Assembly (NCBI GenBank): GCA_046595185.1
Contig: JBKJPE010000224.1
Coordinates: forward strand, 8,238 to 72,237
Length of the DNA stretch: 64,000 bases
Reading direction: 5' to 3'
Origin: Nocardioides sp.
Lineage (GTDB): Bacteria; Actinomycetota; Actinomycetes; Propionibacteriales; Nocardioidaceae
In this document: positions 45,056 to 55,136 of the stretch, in pieces
Layout: each line of letters starts with the position of its first letter
Numbering within the stretch: the first letter of the stretch is position 1
Notes under the pieces: generated by a model
The model's input: the letters and a program-made list of their open reading frames with translations, nothing else
Databases searched by the model: none
Told to the model about the DNA's origin: nothing
Position numbers and translations under genes: made by a program

Positions 45056-45730
45056 GTGAGCGCAGCGACCTGGCCCGGGCGGTGGACCGAGCGCGGCGTC
45101 CTGGTCTGCCTCGAGGGCGGCGAGGGCTCGGGCAAGTCGACGCAGTCGCGGCTGCTGACCTCCTGGCTGCGTGACCAGGGGTACGCCGTCCGGCCGACCT
45201 TCGAGCCCGGGGACACCCCGGTCGGGGCCGAGCTGCGCCGGATCGTGCTCAGCCCCGAGACCGGGGTGCTGGCCGACCGCACCGAGGTCCTGCTCTACGC
45301 CGCCGACAAGGCCGAGCACGTCGAGACCGTCGTGCTGCCGGCCCTGGAGCGCGGCGAGGTGGTGGTGACCGACCGCTACGTCGACTCGACGCTGGCCTAC
45401 CAGGGCGCAGGACGGGCCCTCGAGGTCGGCGACGTCGCGCACGTCGCGCGCTGGGCCACCGGCGACCTGCGCCCGCACCTGACGGTCGTCCTCGACCTCG
45501 AGCCGGCTGCCGGCCTGGGCCGCTTCGCGGACCGTGACCGGATCGAGGGGGAGTCGCTGGAGTTCCACCGGCGGGTGCGCGCGGCCTTCGTCGACCTGGC
45601 GGCCGCCGACCCGTCGCACTACCTGGTCCTCGACGCCCGGGCCCCGGTGGACGAGCTGGCGGACCAGGTGCGCGACGCCGTACGCCCGTGGCTGGTGACC
45701 GCCGACCGCGCCGCGGAGGTGCGCCCATGA
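45056..45730 (+). CDS. tmk: Thymidylate kinase
   Basis: EGGEGSGKST, DRYVDSTLAYQG. Confidence 0.94.
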   Translation: MSAATWPGRWTERGVLVCLEGGEGSGKSTQSRLLTSWLRDQGYAVRPTFEPGDTPVGAELRRIVLSPETGVLADRTEVLLYAADKAEHVETVVLPALERGEVVVTDRYVDSTLAYQGAGRALEVGDVAHVARWATGDLRPHLTVVLDLEPAAGLGRFADRDRIEGESLEFHRRVRAAFVDLAAADPSHYLVLDARAPVDELADQVRDAVRPWLVTADRAAEVRP

Positions 45731-46887
45731 CGGTCTGGGACGACCTCGTCGGGCAGCGCCAGGCCGTCGCGGTGCTGCGCGAGGCCGCCGGCAACGCCGC
45801 CGACGGCCGCGGCGTCGGCCACGCCTGGCTCTTCACCGGACCACCGGGCTCCGGCCGCTCCAACGCCGCCACCGCCTTCGCCGCCGCCCTGCAGTGCGAG
45901 CGGGGCGGGTGCGGCGAGTGCCACGCCTGCCACACCGTGCTGGTCGGCAGCCACGCCGACGTGCAGGTGGTCCGGACCGCCAAGCTGTCGATCGGGATCG
46001 CCGAGGCCCGTGACCTCGTGCGCCGCGCCGCGCTGGCTCCCAACGGCCGGCGCTGGCAGGTCATCGTGATCGAGGACGCGGACCGGTTGACCGAGGGTGC
46101 CTGCAACGCCCTGCTCAAGGCCATCGAGGAGCCGACCGAGCGCACCGTGTGGATGCTCTGCGCTCCCACCGTCGAGGACGTGCTGGCCACGATCCGGTCC
46201 CGCTGCCGGTTGGTCACCCTGACCACCCCGGCCACGCCGGAGGTCGCGGCGTTCCTCGAGCGCACCCTCGGGGTGTCGGACTCCCTGGCCCTGCACGCCG
46301 CCCGCGCCAGCCAGGGGCACATCGGTCGCGCCCGCGCGCTGGCCACCGACGACGCCACCCGCGCCCGCCGGCGCGAGGTGGTCGGTCTCCCGGCCGCGCT
46401 GACCTCGCTCGGCGCGGCGATGCGCGCGGCCACCGGCCTGGCCGAGCGGGCCAAGGAGGAGGCCGAGGCGCTGACCTCCGCCCTGGACGCCCGCGAGAAG
46501 GCCGACCTGGACGCGGCGTACGGCGTCGTGGAGCGCGGTCGCCGTCCGCGCGAGTACGCCCCTGCCCTGGCCGAGATGGACAAGGCGCAGAGGACCCGGG
46601 CCAAGCGCCGCGTGCTCGACGTCGTCGACCGCGGGCTGATGGACCTCGCCTCGGTCTACCGCGACGCGATCGCGGTGGGCCTCGGCTCGACCTCGGCGCT
46701 GGTCAACGAGGAGATCCGGCGCGAGGTCGAGGACGTCGCCCGCCACTCCACACCCGAGATCGACCTGCGTCGCATCGACGCGATCTTCACCGCCCGCGAG
46801 CAGATGATGGAGTTCAACGTGCCGGTCGCCCTGGCCCTGGAGTCGATGATGGTGGCACTGCTGGTGCCCGAGGAGGCCAGGTCGTGA
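45727..46887 (+). CDS. holB: DNA polymerase III delta-prime subunit
   Basis: HAWLFTGPPGSG, CGECHAC, NALLKAIEEP, TIRSRC. Confidence 0.94.
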   Translation: MTVWDDLVGQRQAVAVLREAAGNAADGRGVGHAWLFTGPPGSGRSNAATAFAAALQCERGGCGECHACHTVLVGSHADVQVVRTAKLSIGIAEARDLVRRAALAPNGRRWQVIVIEDADRLTEGACNALLKAIEEPTERTVWMLCAPTVEDVLATIRSRCRLVTLTTPATPEVAAFLERTLGVSDSLALHAARASQGHIGRARALATDDATRARRREVVGLPAALTSLGAAMRAATGLAERAKEEAEALTSALDAREKADLDAAYGVVERGRRPREYAPALAEMDKAQRTRAKRRVLDVVDRGLMDLASVYRDAIAVGLGSTSALVNEEIRREVEDVARHSTPEIDLRRIDAIFTAREQMMEFNVPVALALESMMVALLVPEEARS

Positions 46888-48500
46888 GCTTCGGGATGCG
46901 TCAGAAGCGGGCCGTGGTGGTCGTGGTGGCCGCAGTCCTGGCCCTGGCGCTGCTGCTCAGCGCCGGCCTGGCCACCGGGCTGGTCGTGCTCGGCGGCGAC
47001 GGGGAGGACGACCAGCCGACCGCTGCCCCGACCCGCACCGCGGCGCCCGTCGAGGTCGACGTCGACACGGCCGACGCGCGCACGCCCCCCGACGAGTCCC
47101 TCGCGCCGTTCTACGACCAGCAGCTCGCCTGGGAGGCCTGCCCGCCGGGGGACTACGAGGACGAGTCCGCCGAGTGCGCCACCCTCACCGTCCCGGTCGA
47201 CTACGCGGAGGCGGACGGCGACACGATCGACCTGGCCCTGCTGCGGGTGCCGACCGAGGGCGAGGCCGTGGGGTCCCTGGTGGTCAACCCGGGCGGCCCC
47301 GGCGCGCGCGGCACCAGCTACGCCGCCGCGGCCGGTCGGATCCTGGGCCGGGACCTGCTGGCCAACCTCGACGTGGTGGGCTTCGACCCCCGCGGCGTCG
47401 GGCGCTCGGCCCCGGTCGACTGCCTCGGCGACGCCCAGCTGGACGCGTTCACCGAGGCCGATCCCTCCCCGGACGACGCGGCCGAGGCGGCGGACTACGC
47501 CACGGCGCAGGAGGAGTTCTTCGCCGGGTGCGTCGAGCGCACCGGCGAGGTGCTCGGGCACGTCTCCACCGTCGAGGCCGCTCGTGACATGGACGTGCTC
47601 CGCGCCGCGCTCGACGACCCGCGGCTGGTCTACCTCGGCGCGTCCTACGGCACCGACCTCGGGGCGACCTACGCCGAGCTCTTTCCCGAGCGGGTCGGCC
47701 GGATGGTGCTCGACGCCGGGATCGACCCGCAGCTCGACGCCGTCGAGGAGGCCGTCGGCCAGGCCGGCGGTTTCGAGACCGCGCTGCGCTCCTACGTCGC
47801 CAACTGCACCGAGACCATCCCCGGCTGCTACCTCGGCGAGGACCTGCAGGGCGGGCTCGACGAGATCTCGGGCCTGCTCGACCGGGTCCAGGAGGAGCCG
47901 CTGCCGACCAGCAACGACCGCGAGCTGAGCGGCGGGCTCGCCTTCTACGGTCTGGTCTTCCCGCTCTACAGCGAGGACCTCTGGCCGTTGCTCGACCAGG
48001 CGCTGCGGGCCGCGCTCGACGGCGACGGCACCGCGCTGGGGATGCTCGCCGACCTCTACCTCTCCCGTGAGGACGGGAACTACGCCGACAACAGCGCCGA
48101 GGCGATCTACGCCGTGCGTTGCCTGGACGACCCGACCTCGGTCCCGGTCGAGGACATCCCCGACCTGGTCCCCGCGTTCGAGGAAGCCTCACCGACCTTC
48201 GGCGAGACGTTCGCGTGGGGCATGGTGGGCTGCCAGGGCGTCCAGGTGGAGGCGGCCGAGCCGCGCCCGGAGATCGACGCCGCGGGCGCGGCGCCGATCA
48301 TGGTCGTGGGCACGACCCGGGACCCGGCGACGCCGTACGAGTGGTCGGTCGCGCTCGCCGAGCAGCTCGAGTCCGGCGTCCTGGTGACCCGGGACGGTGA
48401 CGGCCACACCGGGTACGGCCAGGGCGACGCGTGCGTGGACACCGCCGTGGAGGACTACCTGCTCGACGGCACCGCGCCGGAGGACCACCTCCGCTGCTGA
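46884..48500 (+). CDS. Exported alpha/beta hydrolase (TAP-like peptidase)
   Basis: N-terminal TM, NPGGPG, FDPRGVG, GASYG, DPATP, GHT. Confidence 0.9.
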   Translation: MSFGMRQKRAVVVVVAAVLALALLLSAGLATGLVVLGGDGEDDQPTAAPTRTAAPVEVDVDTADARTPPDESLAPFYDQQLAWEACPPGDYEDESAECATLTVPVDYAEADGDTIDLALLRVPTEGEAVGSLVVNPGGPGARGTSYAAAAGRILGRDLLANLDVVGFDPRGVGRSAPVDCLGDAQLDAFTEADPSPDDAAEAADYATAQEEFFAGCVERTGEVLGHVSTVEAARDMDVLRAALDDPRLVYLGASYGTDLGATYAELFPERVGRMVLDAGIDPQLDAVEEAVGQAGGFETALRSYVANCTETIPGCYLGEDLQGGLDEISGLLDRVQEEPLPTSNDRELSGGLAFYGLVFPLYSEDLWPLLDQALRAALDGDGTALGMLADLYLSREDGNYADNSAEAIYAVRCLDDPTSVPVEDIPDLVPAFEEASPTFGETFAWGMVGCQGVQVEAAEPRPEIDAAGAAPIMVVGTTRDPATPYEWSVALAEQLESGVLVTRDGDGHTGYGQGDACVDTAVEDYLLDGTAPEDHLRC

Positions 48501-48516
48501 GCGGAGGGCCCGTAGG

Positions 48517-48957
48517 TCACGGCGACGGCGGCGGCGCGCGGCGTGCCGACACGACGTGACGCACCCCGCTCCGCACCAGGAAGACGCCCATGCCCAGGGC
48601 GAGGAGGGTGGGCAGCAGCGTCCACCACCAGGCGCGGCTCGACGCGGTCACCGACGGGTCGTCCGCGGCGTAGTAGACCGTGAGGGGCTCCCCCGGCTCG
48701 CGGTCGAGGCAGTTGGCCTTGTAGACGGTGACGTCCACGCTGCGCTCGACCCCGTCCGGACCGGTGAACGTCGCACGGTCCACGCACCCCGGCTCGCCCT
48801 GGCCGGTGGCCTGCACCGCGGTGTCGACGCGGACCCGGTCCACGGTCTGCGCCGCGCCGAGGGCGCCGACGGCCGCCACGACCACCAAGGCGATCACGAT
48901 GACCGGCAGGGACGTCTGGCGGTGCGGCCGGTCCGGTTCCTGGCGGGGCGTCGTCAC
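48517..48957 (-). CDS. Two-TM membrane protein (DUF3592-like)
   Basis: TM, short beta domain (FTGPDG...GEPLTVYY..DP), TM. Confidence 0.65.
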   Translation of the reverse strand: MTTPRQEPDRPHRQTSLPVIVIALVVVAAVGALGAAQTVDRVRVDTAVQATGQGEPGCVDRATFTGPDGVERSVDVTVYKANCLDREPGEPLTVYYAADDPSVTASSRAWWWTLLPTLLALGMGVFLVRSGVRHVVSARRAPPPSP

Positions 48958-48987
48958 GACCGTGAGTCTGTCAGCCGTCGGCGCGGC

Positions 48988-49122
48988 TCAGGCCCCGCGG
49001 TCGACGACGCTGGAGGCGTTGCTCGGCGTCTCCGGGGGGCTTCCGACCTCGACGTCGACCGTGCCACCCCCGGTGAAGGACAGCGCCGCGACGACGAGGC
49101 CGCTGACCGTGACGGCGGGCGG
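48988..49122 (-). pseudogene. Orphan 3' fragment of a Ser/Thr kinase paralog
   Basis: Translates to PPAVTVSGLVVAALSFTGGGTVDVEVGSPPETPSNASSVVDRGA*, 28/44 identical by hand to the tail of 55746-57755; no in-frame start before the upstream stop at 49174-49176. Confidence 0.85.
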
Positions 49123-49210
49123 CTGCGTGAGTCTCAGATGTAAGACATCGTAAGTCCAGCATCTTGGACAACATCAGGACGGCGGGGCGGATCTCCGACA
49201 CCATGGCCCG

Positions 49211-49262
49211 GTCCGTACGACCAGCACCTGCCGGCCCGCGTGGTCGGCGAAAGGCAGGCACC
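49211..49262 (+). repeat. Leader/RBS repeat, copy 1
   Basis: GTCCGTACGA and 21-bp GGTCGGCGAAAGGCAGGCACC also occur at 57924-57983. Confidence 0.85.
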
Positions 49263-49547
49263 GTGTCCGACCGCGTTCTCTCCTCCGCCACCGCCAAGGC
49301 GGCCATCCAACAGATGTCCTCGATCATCAACGGCGGGCTGACCGACCAGATCAACCAGCTCGACGCCAAGGGCCAGCAGCTCTCGGACCCCAACAACTGG
49401 GACGGTCCGCTGGCCGAGCGGTTCCGCTCCGCGACCTGGCCCGAGACCAAGTCGGCCCTCGACAAGGCCAAGGCCGAGCTCGAGGAGCTGCGGGTGCAGC
49501 TGGACCAGATCAGCCAGAACATCATGACCGCCGGCGGCGGGTCCTGA
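49263..49547 (+). CDS. WXG100-family (EsxA-like) protein
   Basis: 94 aa, helical, central NNWDG motif, RBS GAAAGG before GTG. Confidence 0.8.
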   Translation: MSDRVLSSATAKAAIQQMSSIINGGLTDQINQLDAKGQQLSDPNNWDGPLAERFRSATWPETKSALDKAKAELEELRVQLDQISQNIMTAGGGS

Positions 49548-49703
49548 GCCGGACTGCGCGCTGACCGTGTGCCACCTCGGGGTCGCTGCCGGATCGTCGG
49601 CGTCGCCGGGGTGACAGGCGGGGGGCGCGCAGCCCGCGGTGTTGTCGGAGCAGGTCGGGTACGTGTCGTGGGGTCGTGGCCCTGCGGGTAGGAGTGATGT
49701 GTC

Positions 49704-52700
49704 GTGGGCGATGTGCTGTCCGGTATCGAGCAGGACGTCCCGTTCGACTTCGGGGCGGCCGAGGCGCTGAGCACGGCCGCGGACAGCGCTGCGGGCGAGG
49801 TCGAGGGCCAGCTCGGGGCGCGGAACGTCTTCGTCTCGGTGGCCATGCAGGAGTTCCGCGGGTTCTTCTCGACGCTGTTCCAGGACAACGCCGGCACCGC
49901 GGCGGCCGACGGCCAGGAGCTCGCCGATCGGCTGCGCGAGGTCGCCGAGGGCTCCCGCCGCCTCGCCGACGAGGCCCGCAAGGAGCAGGAGCGACGCGAG
50001 ACCGCGCGTGCCTGGAAGGCCGAGCAGGACGGCCAGAACATGCTCGAGAAGGGTGCCGACGCGGTCGGTGACTTCTTCGGTGGTGAGGACCCGCCCCCGG
50101 TCGGCCCGCCGGCCACCCCGATCGACGTGCCCGTCGCGGCGCCGCGCAGTACGCCCCGTCAGACGCCGGCAAGCGGTACGGGCGGGTCCGGCGGCACGTC
50201 CTCGGCCCGGCCCGCCGACCTCTCGTCCTTCGCGACCTCCTCGGCCGCGGCCGACGGGCGCGCCCGCGCACCGCTGTCGACCGCGAGGGCGCGCTTCTCC
50301 ACGTTCAGGGCCACCTGCCTGTGGGGCTCGCTCTGCGCCGACGGCGTCTTCGCCGGCGCCGACCGCTGGCTCGACGCCAACGAGAACGACGTGGCCTGGG
50401 CCCGCACCGTCGCGGGTGCGTTCGAGGCTGCCGGCGGCGTCGGCGACGTGTCGACCCTGTCCGACTCCGCGGTGGCGGCGGCGCTCCAGGCCGCCGGTGT
50501 CGACGCGGCGCGCCAGGACCTCGTCATCGAGCCGGCCCAGGCCATGGGCGCGATGCCCACCTCCGGGTACGCCGACGACCCGGTCAACACCTCGACGGGC
50601 AACTTCCTCGAGCCCGAGGCCGACCTCGGCTTCGCCGGCGGTTGCGCGTCGCTGTCGTTCACCCGGATGTACAACTCGATGACGTGCGTGGTCGGCGCCC
50701 TCGGCCCGGGATGGTCCTCGTGGGCCGACACCGGGCTGTCGGTCGACGACGAGGCCGCCCGCTGCACCCTGCCCGACGGCCGTCAGCTGGTCTTCGCGCG
50801 ACTGGGCGAGGCCTGGGACCGCGCGGCGGGTGAGAGCCAGTGGCTCGAGCGGCGCGGCGAGGGCTACCTGGTCAGCGGCAACGACGGCACCCGCTGGCGC
50901 TTCGACCGCGCCGGCCGGTTGCAGGCCCGCACCGCCGGGCCCGGCACCGCCGTCCGCCTGACCTGGGCCGACGACCGGCTGGTGCGGATGACCCACGAGC
51001 GCGGCCGTCACCTCGAGCTGGTCTGGGGCGACGCGCGCCTGCTCGCTGTCCGGGCCTCCGACGGCCGGGAGGTCACCTACGACTACGACGCGCTCGACCG
51101 CCTCGTCGCCGCCACCACCGCGCTCGGCACGCGCCACTACCGCTGGGACGAGCACGACCTGGTGGACGCCGTCATCGGCGCCTCGGGCGTGGTCGAGGTC
51201 GAGAACACCTACGACGACCGCGCTCGCGTCACGCAGCAGCGCTCTCCCCACGGCAGGGTCACCCGCTACGCCTACCTGCCCGGCCGGGTCACCGTCGTCT
51301 CCGACCAGGACGGCACGCGCTCCAACACCTGGGTCGCCGACGAGCGTGGTCGCCTGATCGGGGCCGTCGACGCCGACGAGCGGCGTCAGTCCACGTCGTA
51401 CGACCCCCATGGCAACGCCGTCGTGGTCACCGAGCGCGACGGCTCGAGCACCGTGCGCGAGTACGACGCCCGCGGCCGGCTGGTCCGCACGGTCAGCCCC
51501 AACGGCGCCGACGTCTCCCAGTCCTTCGACGACCAGGACCGCGTCGTGGCCGTGGAGGTGCCGACCGAGGACGGCACGCCCGCGGTCACCTCCTTCACCT
51601 ACGACGGCGACGAGCGCAACCCGGCCTCCCTCACCGACCCCGAGGGCGGCGTGACCCGGATGACCTGGTCCGCAGGCCTGCTGACCGAGGTCGTCGACCC
51701 GACCGGGGTGGTGGTCGGCTTCACCCACGACGAGCACGGCGACGTCGTGGCCACGACCGACGCCGCCGGCAACGCCGCGCGACTCGAGCGCGACCACGCC
51801 GGCCGCGTCGTCGCCGCGGTCACCCCGTCGGGGCACCGCACCACGTTCGCGTTCGACGACGTCACCGGACTGCTCGTGGGCCGCGCCGACCCCGACGGCG
51901 CGACGTGGACCTACGAGCACACCGTCGACGGCCGGGTCCGCGCGATCACCGACCCGCTCGGCGCGCGCACCGAGATGCAGCACGGGGTCGCCGGCGACCT
52001 CGAGACCACGATCGACCCGCTCGGACGGGCCGTCACCCGGCACGTCGACGACCTCGGCAACCTGGCCGCCGTGGAGCTGCCGGACGGCACCGAGTGGCGC
52101 TTCGCCCACGACGCCCTCTCGCGGCTGCGGGCGACCACCGACCCCACGGGGGCGGTCTGGACGCGGGAGTACGACGCCAACGGCAACCTGGTCACGACGA
52201 CCGCTCCGACCGGCGAGCAGCGCGCCGCCCGCGCCGATGTCGCGGCCGGCACGGCCGAGGTCGTCTCCGGGTCCGTCGCGACCGGGATGCAGTTCGACAG
52301 GCTGGGTCGGCTCGTGGCCAGCGTCCGCCCCGACGGCTCGAGCGTCCTGACCCGCTACGACCGGTGCGGCCGCTCCGTCGAGCTGGTCGACGCCGCCGGC
52401 GGCCTCACCACGGTCGAGCGCGACGCGGCAGGCCGCGCGGTGGCGGTGACCCGACCCGGCGGCGGGGTCGTCGCCTACGAGTACGACCGCTGCGGCCGCC
52501 CGTCGGCGGTCGTCGACGAGCTGGGTGCGCGCACCTCGATGACCTACGACGCCGACGGCCGGGTCGTCGCGCAGTCGATGCCGACCGGCGAGCAGGCGAC
52601 CTTCGCCTACGACGCGTGCGGCCGGGTCACCAAGCGCCGGGTGCCCGGCGTCGGGACCACGCTGGTCACCTACGACCTCGCCGGCCGGGTGGTGGAGTCC

Positions 52701-55136
52701 CGCGACCCGCAGTTCGGGCGCCGGCGGTTCCGCTTCGACGACGCCGGCCAGCTGGTCGGGGCCGTCGACGGCAACGGCGGCGTGACCCGGTGGGAGTACG
52801 ACGCCAACGGGCGTGCGGTGCTGATCGTGCACCCCGACGGCGGCGAGACACGTCGCGACTTCGACGAGCTCAACCACGTGGTCGCCAGGACGGATCCGCT
52901 GGGCCGGACCACGCGGGCCGGGTACGACGCCGCCGGCCGTCAGACCTGGCAGGAGGACCCCACCGGCAAGCGGACCTCCTGGACCTACGACGGTGCCGGC
53001 CGGATCGCCTCGACCGCCGTCGACGGCGCCGTGGTCTCCAGCTCCGAGCTCGACCTCCGGGCGCGCCGGCTGCGCGTCGTCGACCACGCCCAGCCCGACG
53101 CGGAGTCGGTGCACGAGCTCGAGTGGGACCCTCGGGGCAACCTGGTCTCACGCACCCGCGACGGTCGCGGTCTGTCGTGGTCCTACGACGCCGACGGGCG
53201 TCGGGTCGGCCGGGTCAACCCCGACGGCTCGAGGACCACCTACACCCGTGACGCGGCCGGCCGCATCCTGGCCGTCGAGCACGACGCCCTCGGGCGGGCG
53301 GCGTTCGAGCGCGACGCGGCCGGCCGGGTGGTCGCGGCCGAGGCAGGTGGGCAGCAGCAGCGCTGGACCTACGGGGACGGTTTCGTGGCCGCACACACGC
53401 TCACCCGCGGCGACCAGGTGTCCCGCACGGTCGTCGACCGTGACGAGGAGGGTCGCCTCAGCACCGTGGCCCGGGACGGCGTCTCGACGTCCTACGTCCA
53501 CGACGGCGCCCGGCAGCTCGTCGAGGCCAGGGGCCTGGAGGGTGTCTCCCGGTGGCGCTACGACCGGACGGGCCGCCTGGTCGAGGAGACCCACGGCGAG
53601 CTGACCCGCCGCCTCACCTACGACGTTGCCGGCCAGCTGCTCGCGACCGATCGCTCCGACGGCCGGGGCACCACGCTGAGCTACGACGGCGCGGGCCGGC
53701 GTACCCGGGTCGAGGCCACCGACGGATCCGTCCGGGAGCTCGGTTGGAACCGCCTGGGCTGGCTGTCCTCCGTGGTCGACCGCGGTCCCCGCGGCGAGCA
53801 CGTTCGCACGGTCACCACCGTCGTCGACGCGCTCGGGGAGCTGGCCCGCCTCGACGCTGCCGATGTCTTCTTCGACACCGCCGACCCGCGCGCCACGGCA
53901 CCGGCCCAGGTCGGTGAGGACCCCGTCGTCGCCACCGGACCCGCCCTCGGCGCGGGTGGCGGTTGGACCACCTCCGGCTGGCGCCAGGCCCGCTCGAACG
54001 AGGACGACCCCTGGAGCACCACCGGTGCCGCCGGCCCCGGCGACCCGGGCGTCGGGATCGGCCCGGGCGGGGAGCTGACGGTCGCCGGGCTCGAGTGGAT
54101 GGGTCGACGTGTCTACGACCCCGCGACCCGCGGGTTCCTCTCGGTCGACCCGGCCCAGGCCGTCCCGGGCGCCGGGTGGTCCGCCAACGCCTACTCCTTC
54201 GCGGGCAACGACCCGATGCACGCCGTCGACCCCACGGGCCTGAGCCCGATGACCGACGCCGACCTCCAGACCTACCTGGCCGAGAACGCGGGCGCGTTCG
54301 CCGCGGTCGCGGACTGGACCAAGGACAACTGGGAGTACCTCGCCGGCGGGGCGATGGTCATCGCCGGCGGGGTGCTGATCGCCTCCGGTGTCGGTGGTCC
54401 CGCCGGCATGATGCTGATCTCCGCCGGCGCGGACACCATCATCCAGAAGGCGACCACCGGCGGCGTCAACTGGGGCCAGGTCGCCATCTCGGGCGCCTTC
54501 GGCGCCTGGGGCGGGGCGGGCGCCGCCGCGCGGATGGGCGTGACCGGTCCCCTGCGCCAGGCGGTCGTCGGAGGGATGGTCTCCGGCGCGACCGGCGGCA
54601 GCGTCTCGAGCGCCTACGGGTACGCCACCGGGCCCGGTCCCCACACCCCGGGCGGCTTCGTCTCCGCGACGGCGCAGGGAGCCACCGTCGGCACGGTGAC
54701 CGGCGGGGTGGCCGGCGGCGCCGGACACTACCTGGAGGGCGTCGCCGATCAGCGGCTGGCCGGCGCGATGGCCGACGGGCGCCTCAGCGCCGAGCCGCCG
54801 ACGCCGACGCTCGCTGAGCGGGGACGCTCCTTCCTGGGCAACCCAGGCGACACGGTCGTCCTGGGCCGCCAGCCCGACACGGCGGTCGCCGCGGGCTGGC
54901 CGGACCATGCGGTGCTCCAGGCTCCGGAGGGTCAGTGGTCGCCCGAGCTGAACGACGAGTTCATGCGGGGAGCGATGGACTACCAGCGGCCGATCTACCT
55001 GGCGAGCGAGCCGCGGGGCAACCTGCTCCAGACCGAAGGTCCGCGGGCCGGCGAGCCGACCATCTTCAGTCGCGAGCTCGACCAGCTCGACCGGGCGGGT
55101 TACCGGCGCAACGGTGACTACATGGAGGTGCCCTGA
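49704..55136 (+). CDS. RHS/YD-repeat polymorphic toxin with helical N-terminus, DUF6531 and unknown C-terminal domain
   Basis: DPVNTSTGNF...FTRMYNS...GPGW; many YD repeats; core end RVYDPATRGFLSVDP...NDPMHAVDPTGL. Confidence 0.92.
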   Translation: MGDVLSGIEQDVPFDFGAAEALSTAADSAAGEVEGQLGARNVFVSVAMQEFRGFFSTLFQDNAGTAAADGQELADRLREVAEGSRRLADEARKEQERRETARAWKAEQDGQNMLEKGADAVGDFFGGEDPPPVGPPATPIDVPVAAPRSTPRQTPASGTGGSGGTSSARPADLSSFATSSAAADGRARAPLSTARARFSTFRATCLWGSLCADGVFAGADRWLDANENDVAWARTVAGAFEAAGGVGDVSTLSDSAVAAALQAAGVDAARQDLVIEPAQAMGAMPTSGYADDPVNTSTGNFLEPEADLGFAGGCASLSFTRMYNSMTCVVGALGPGWSSWADTGLSVDDEAARCTLPDGRQLVFARLGEAWDRAAGESQWLERRGEGYLVSGNDGTRWRFDRAGRLQARTAGPGTAVRLTWADDRLVRMTHERGRHLELVWGDARLLAVRASDGREVTYDYDALDRLVAATTALGTRHYRWDEHDLVDAVIGASGVVEVENTYDDRARVTQQRSPHGRVTRYAYLPGRVTVVSDQDGTRSNTWVADERGRLIGAVDADERRQSTSYDPHGNAVVVTERDGSSTVREYDARGRLVRTVSPNGADVSQSFDDQDRVVAVEVPTEDGTPAVTSFTYDGDERNPASLTDPEGGVTRMTWSAGLLTEVVDPTGVVVGFTHDEHGDVVATTDAAGNAARLERDHAGRVVAAVTPSGHRTTFAFDDVTGLLVGRADPDGATWTYEHTVDGRVRAITDPLGARTEMQHGVAGDLETTIDPLGRAVTRHVDDLGNLAAVELPDGTEWRFAHDALSRLRATTDPTGAVWTREYDANGNLVTTTAPTGEQRAARADVAAGTAEVVSGSVATGMQFDRLGRLVASVRPDGSSVLTRYDRCGRSVELVDAAGGLTTVERDAAGRAVAVTRPGGGVVAYEYDRCGRPSAVVDELGARTSMTYDADGRVVAQSMPTGEQATFAYDACGRVTKRRVPGVGTTLVTYDLAGRVVESRDPQFGRRRFRFDDAGQLVGAVDGNGGVTRWEYDANGRAVLIVHPDGGETRRDFDELNHVVARTDPLGRTTRAGYDAAGRQTWQEDPTGKRTSWTYDGAGRIASTAVDGAVVSSSELDLRARRLRVVDHAQPDAESVHELEWDPRGNLVSRTRDGRGLSWSYDADGRRVGRVNPDGSRTTYTRDAAGRILAVEHDALGRAAFERDAAGRVVAAEAGGQQQRWTYGDGFVAAHTLTRGDQVSRTVVDRDEEGRLSTVARDGVSTSYVHDGARQLVEARGLEGVSRWRYDRTGRLVEETHGELTRRLTYDVAGQLLATDRSDGRGTTLSYDGAGRRTRVEATDGSVRELGWNRLGWLSSVVDRGPRGEHVRTVTTVVDALGELARLDAADVFFDTADPRATAPAQVGEDPVVATGPALGAGGGWTTSGWRQARSNEDDPWSTTGAAGPGDPGVGIGPGGELTVAGLEWMGRRVYDPATRGFLSVDPAQAVPGAGWSANAYSFAGNDPMHAVDPTGLSPMTDADLQTYLAENAGAFAAVADWTKDNWEYLAGGAMVIAGGVLIASGVGGPAGMMLISAGADTIIQKATTGGVNWGQVAISGAFGAWGGAGAAARMGVTGPLRQAVVGGMVSGATGGSVSSAYGYATGPGPHTPGGFVSATAQGATVGTVTGGVAGGAGHYLEGVADQRLAGAMADGRLSAEPPTPTLAERGRSFLGNPGDTVVLGRQPDTAVAAGWPDHAVLQAPEGQWSPELNDEFMRGAMDYQRPIYLASEPRGNLLQTEGPRAGEPTIFSRELDQLDRAGYRRNGDYMEVP

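Noticed and set aside
48500-49260. tRNA or att site at the accessory-region boundary
   Set aside because: No cloverleaf or T-loop/CCA pattern found by eye
50900-53800. Recurring tacgac motifs as a CRISPR-like array
   Set aside because: They are YD-repeat codons in the RHS gene; no constant repeat-spacer structure or cas genes
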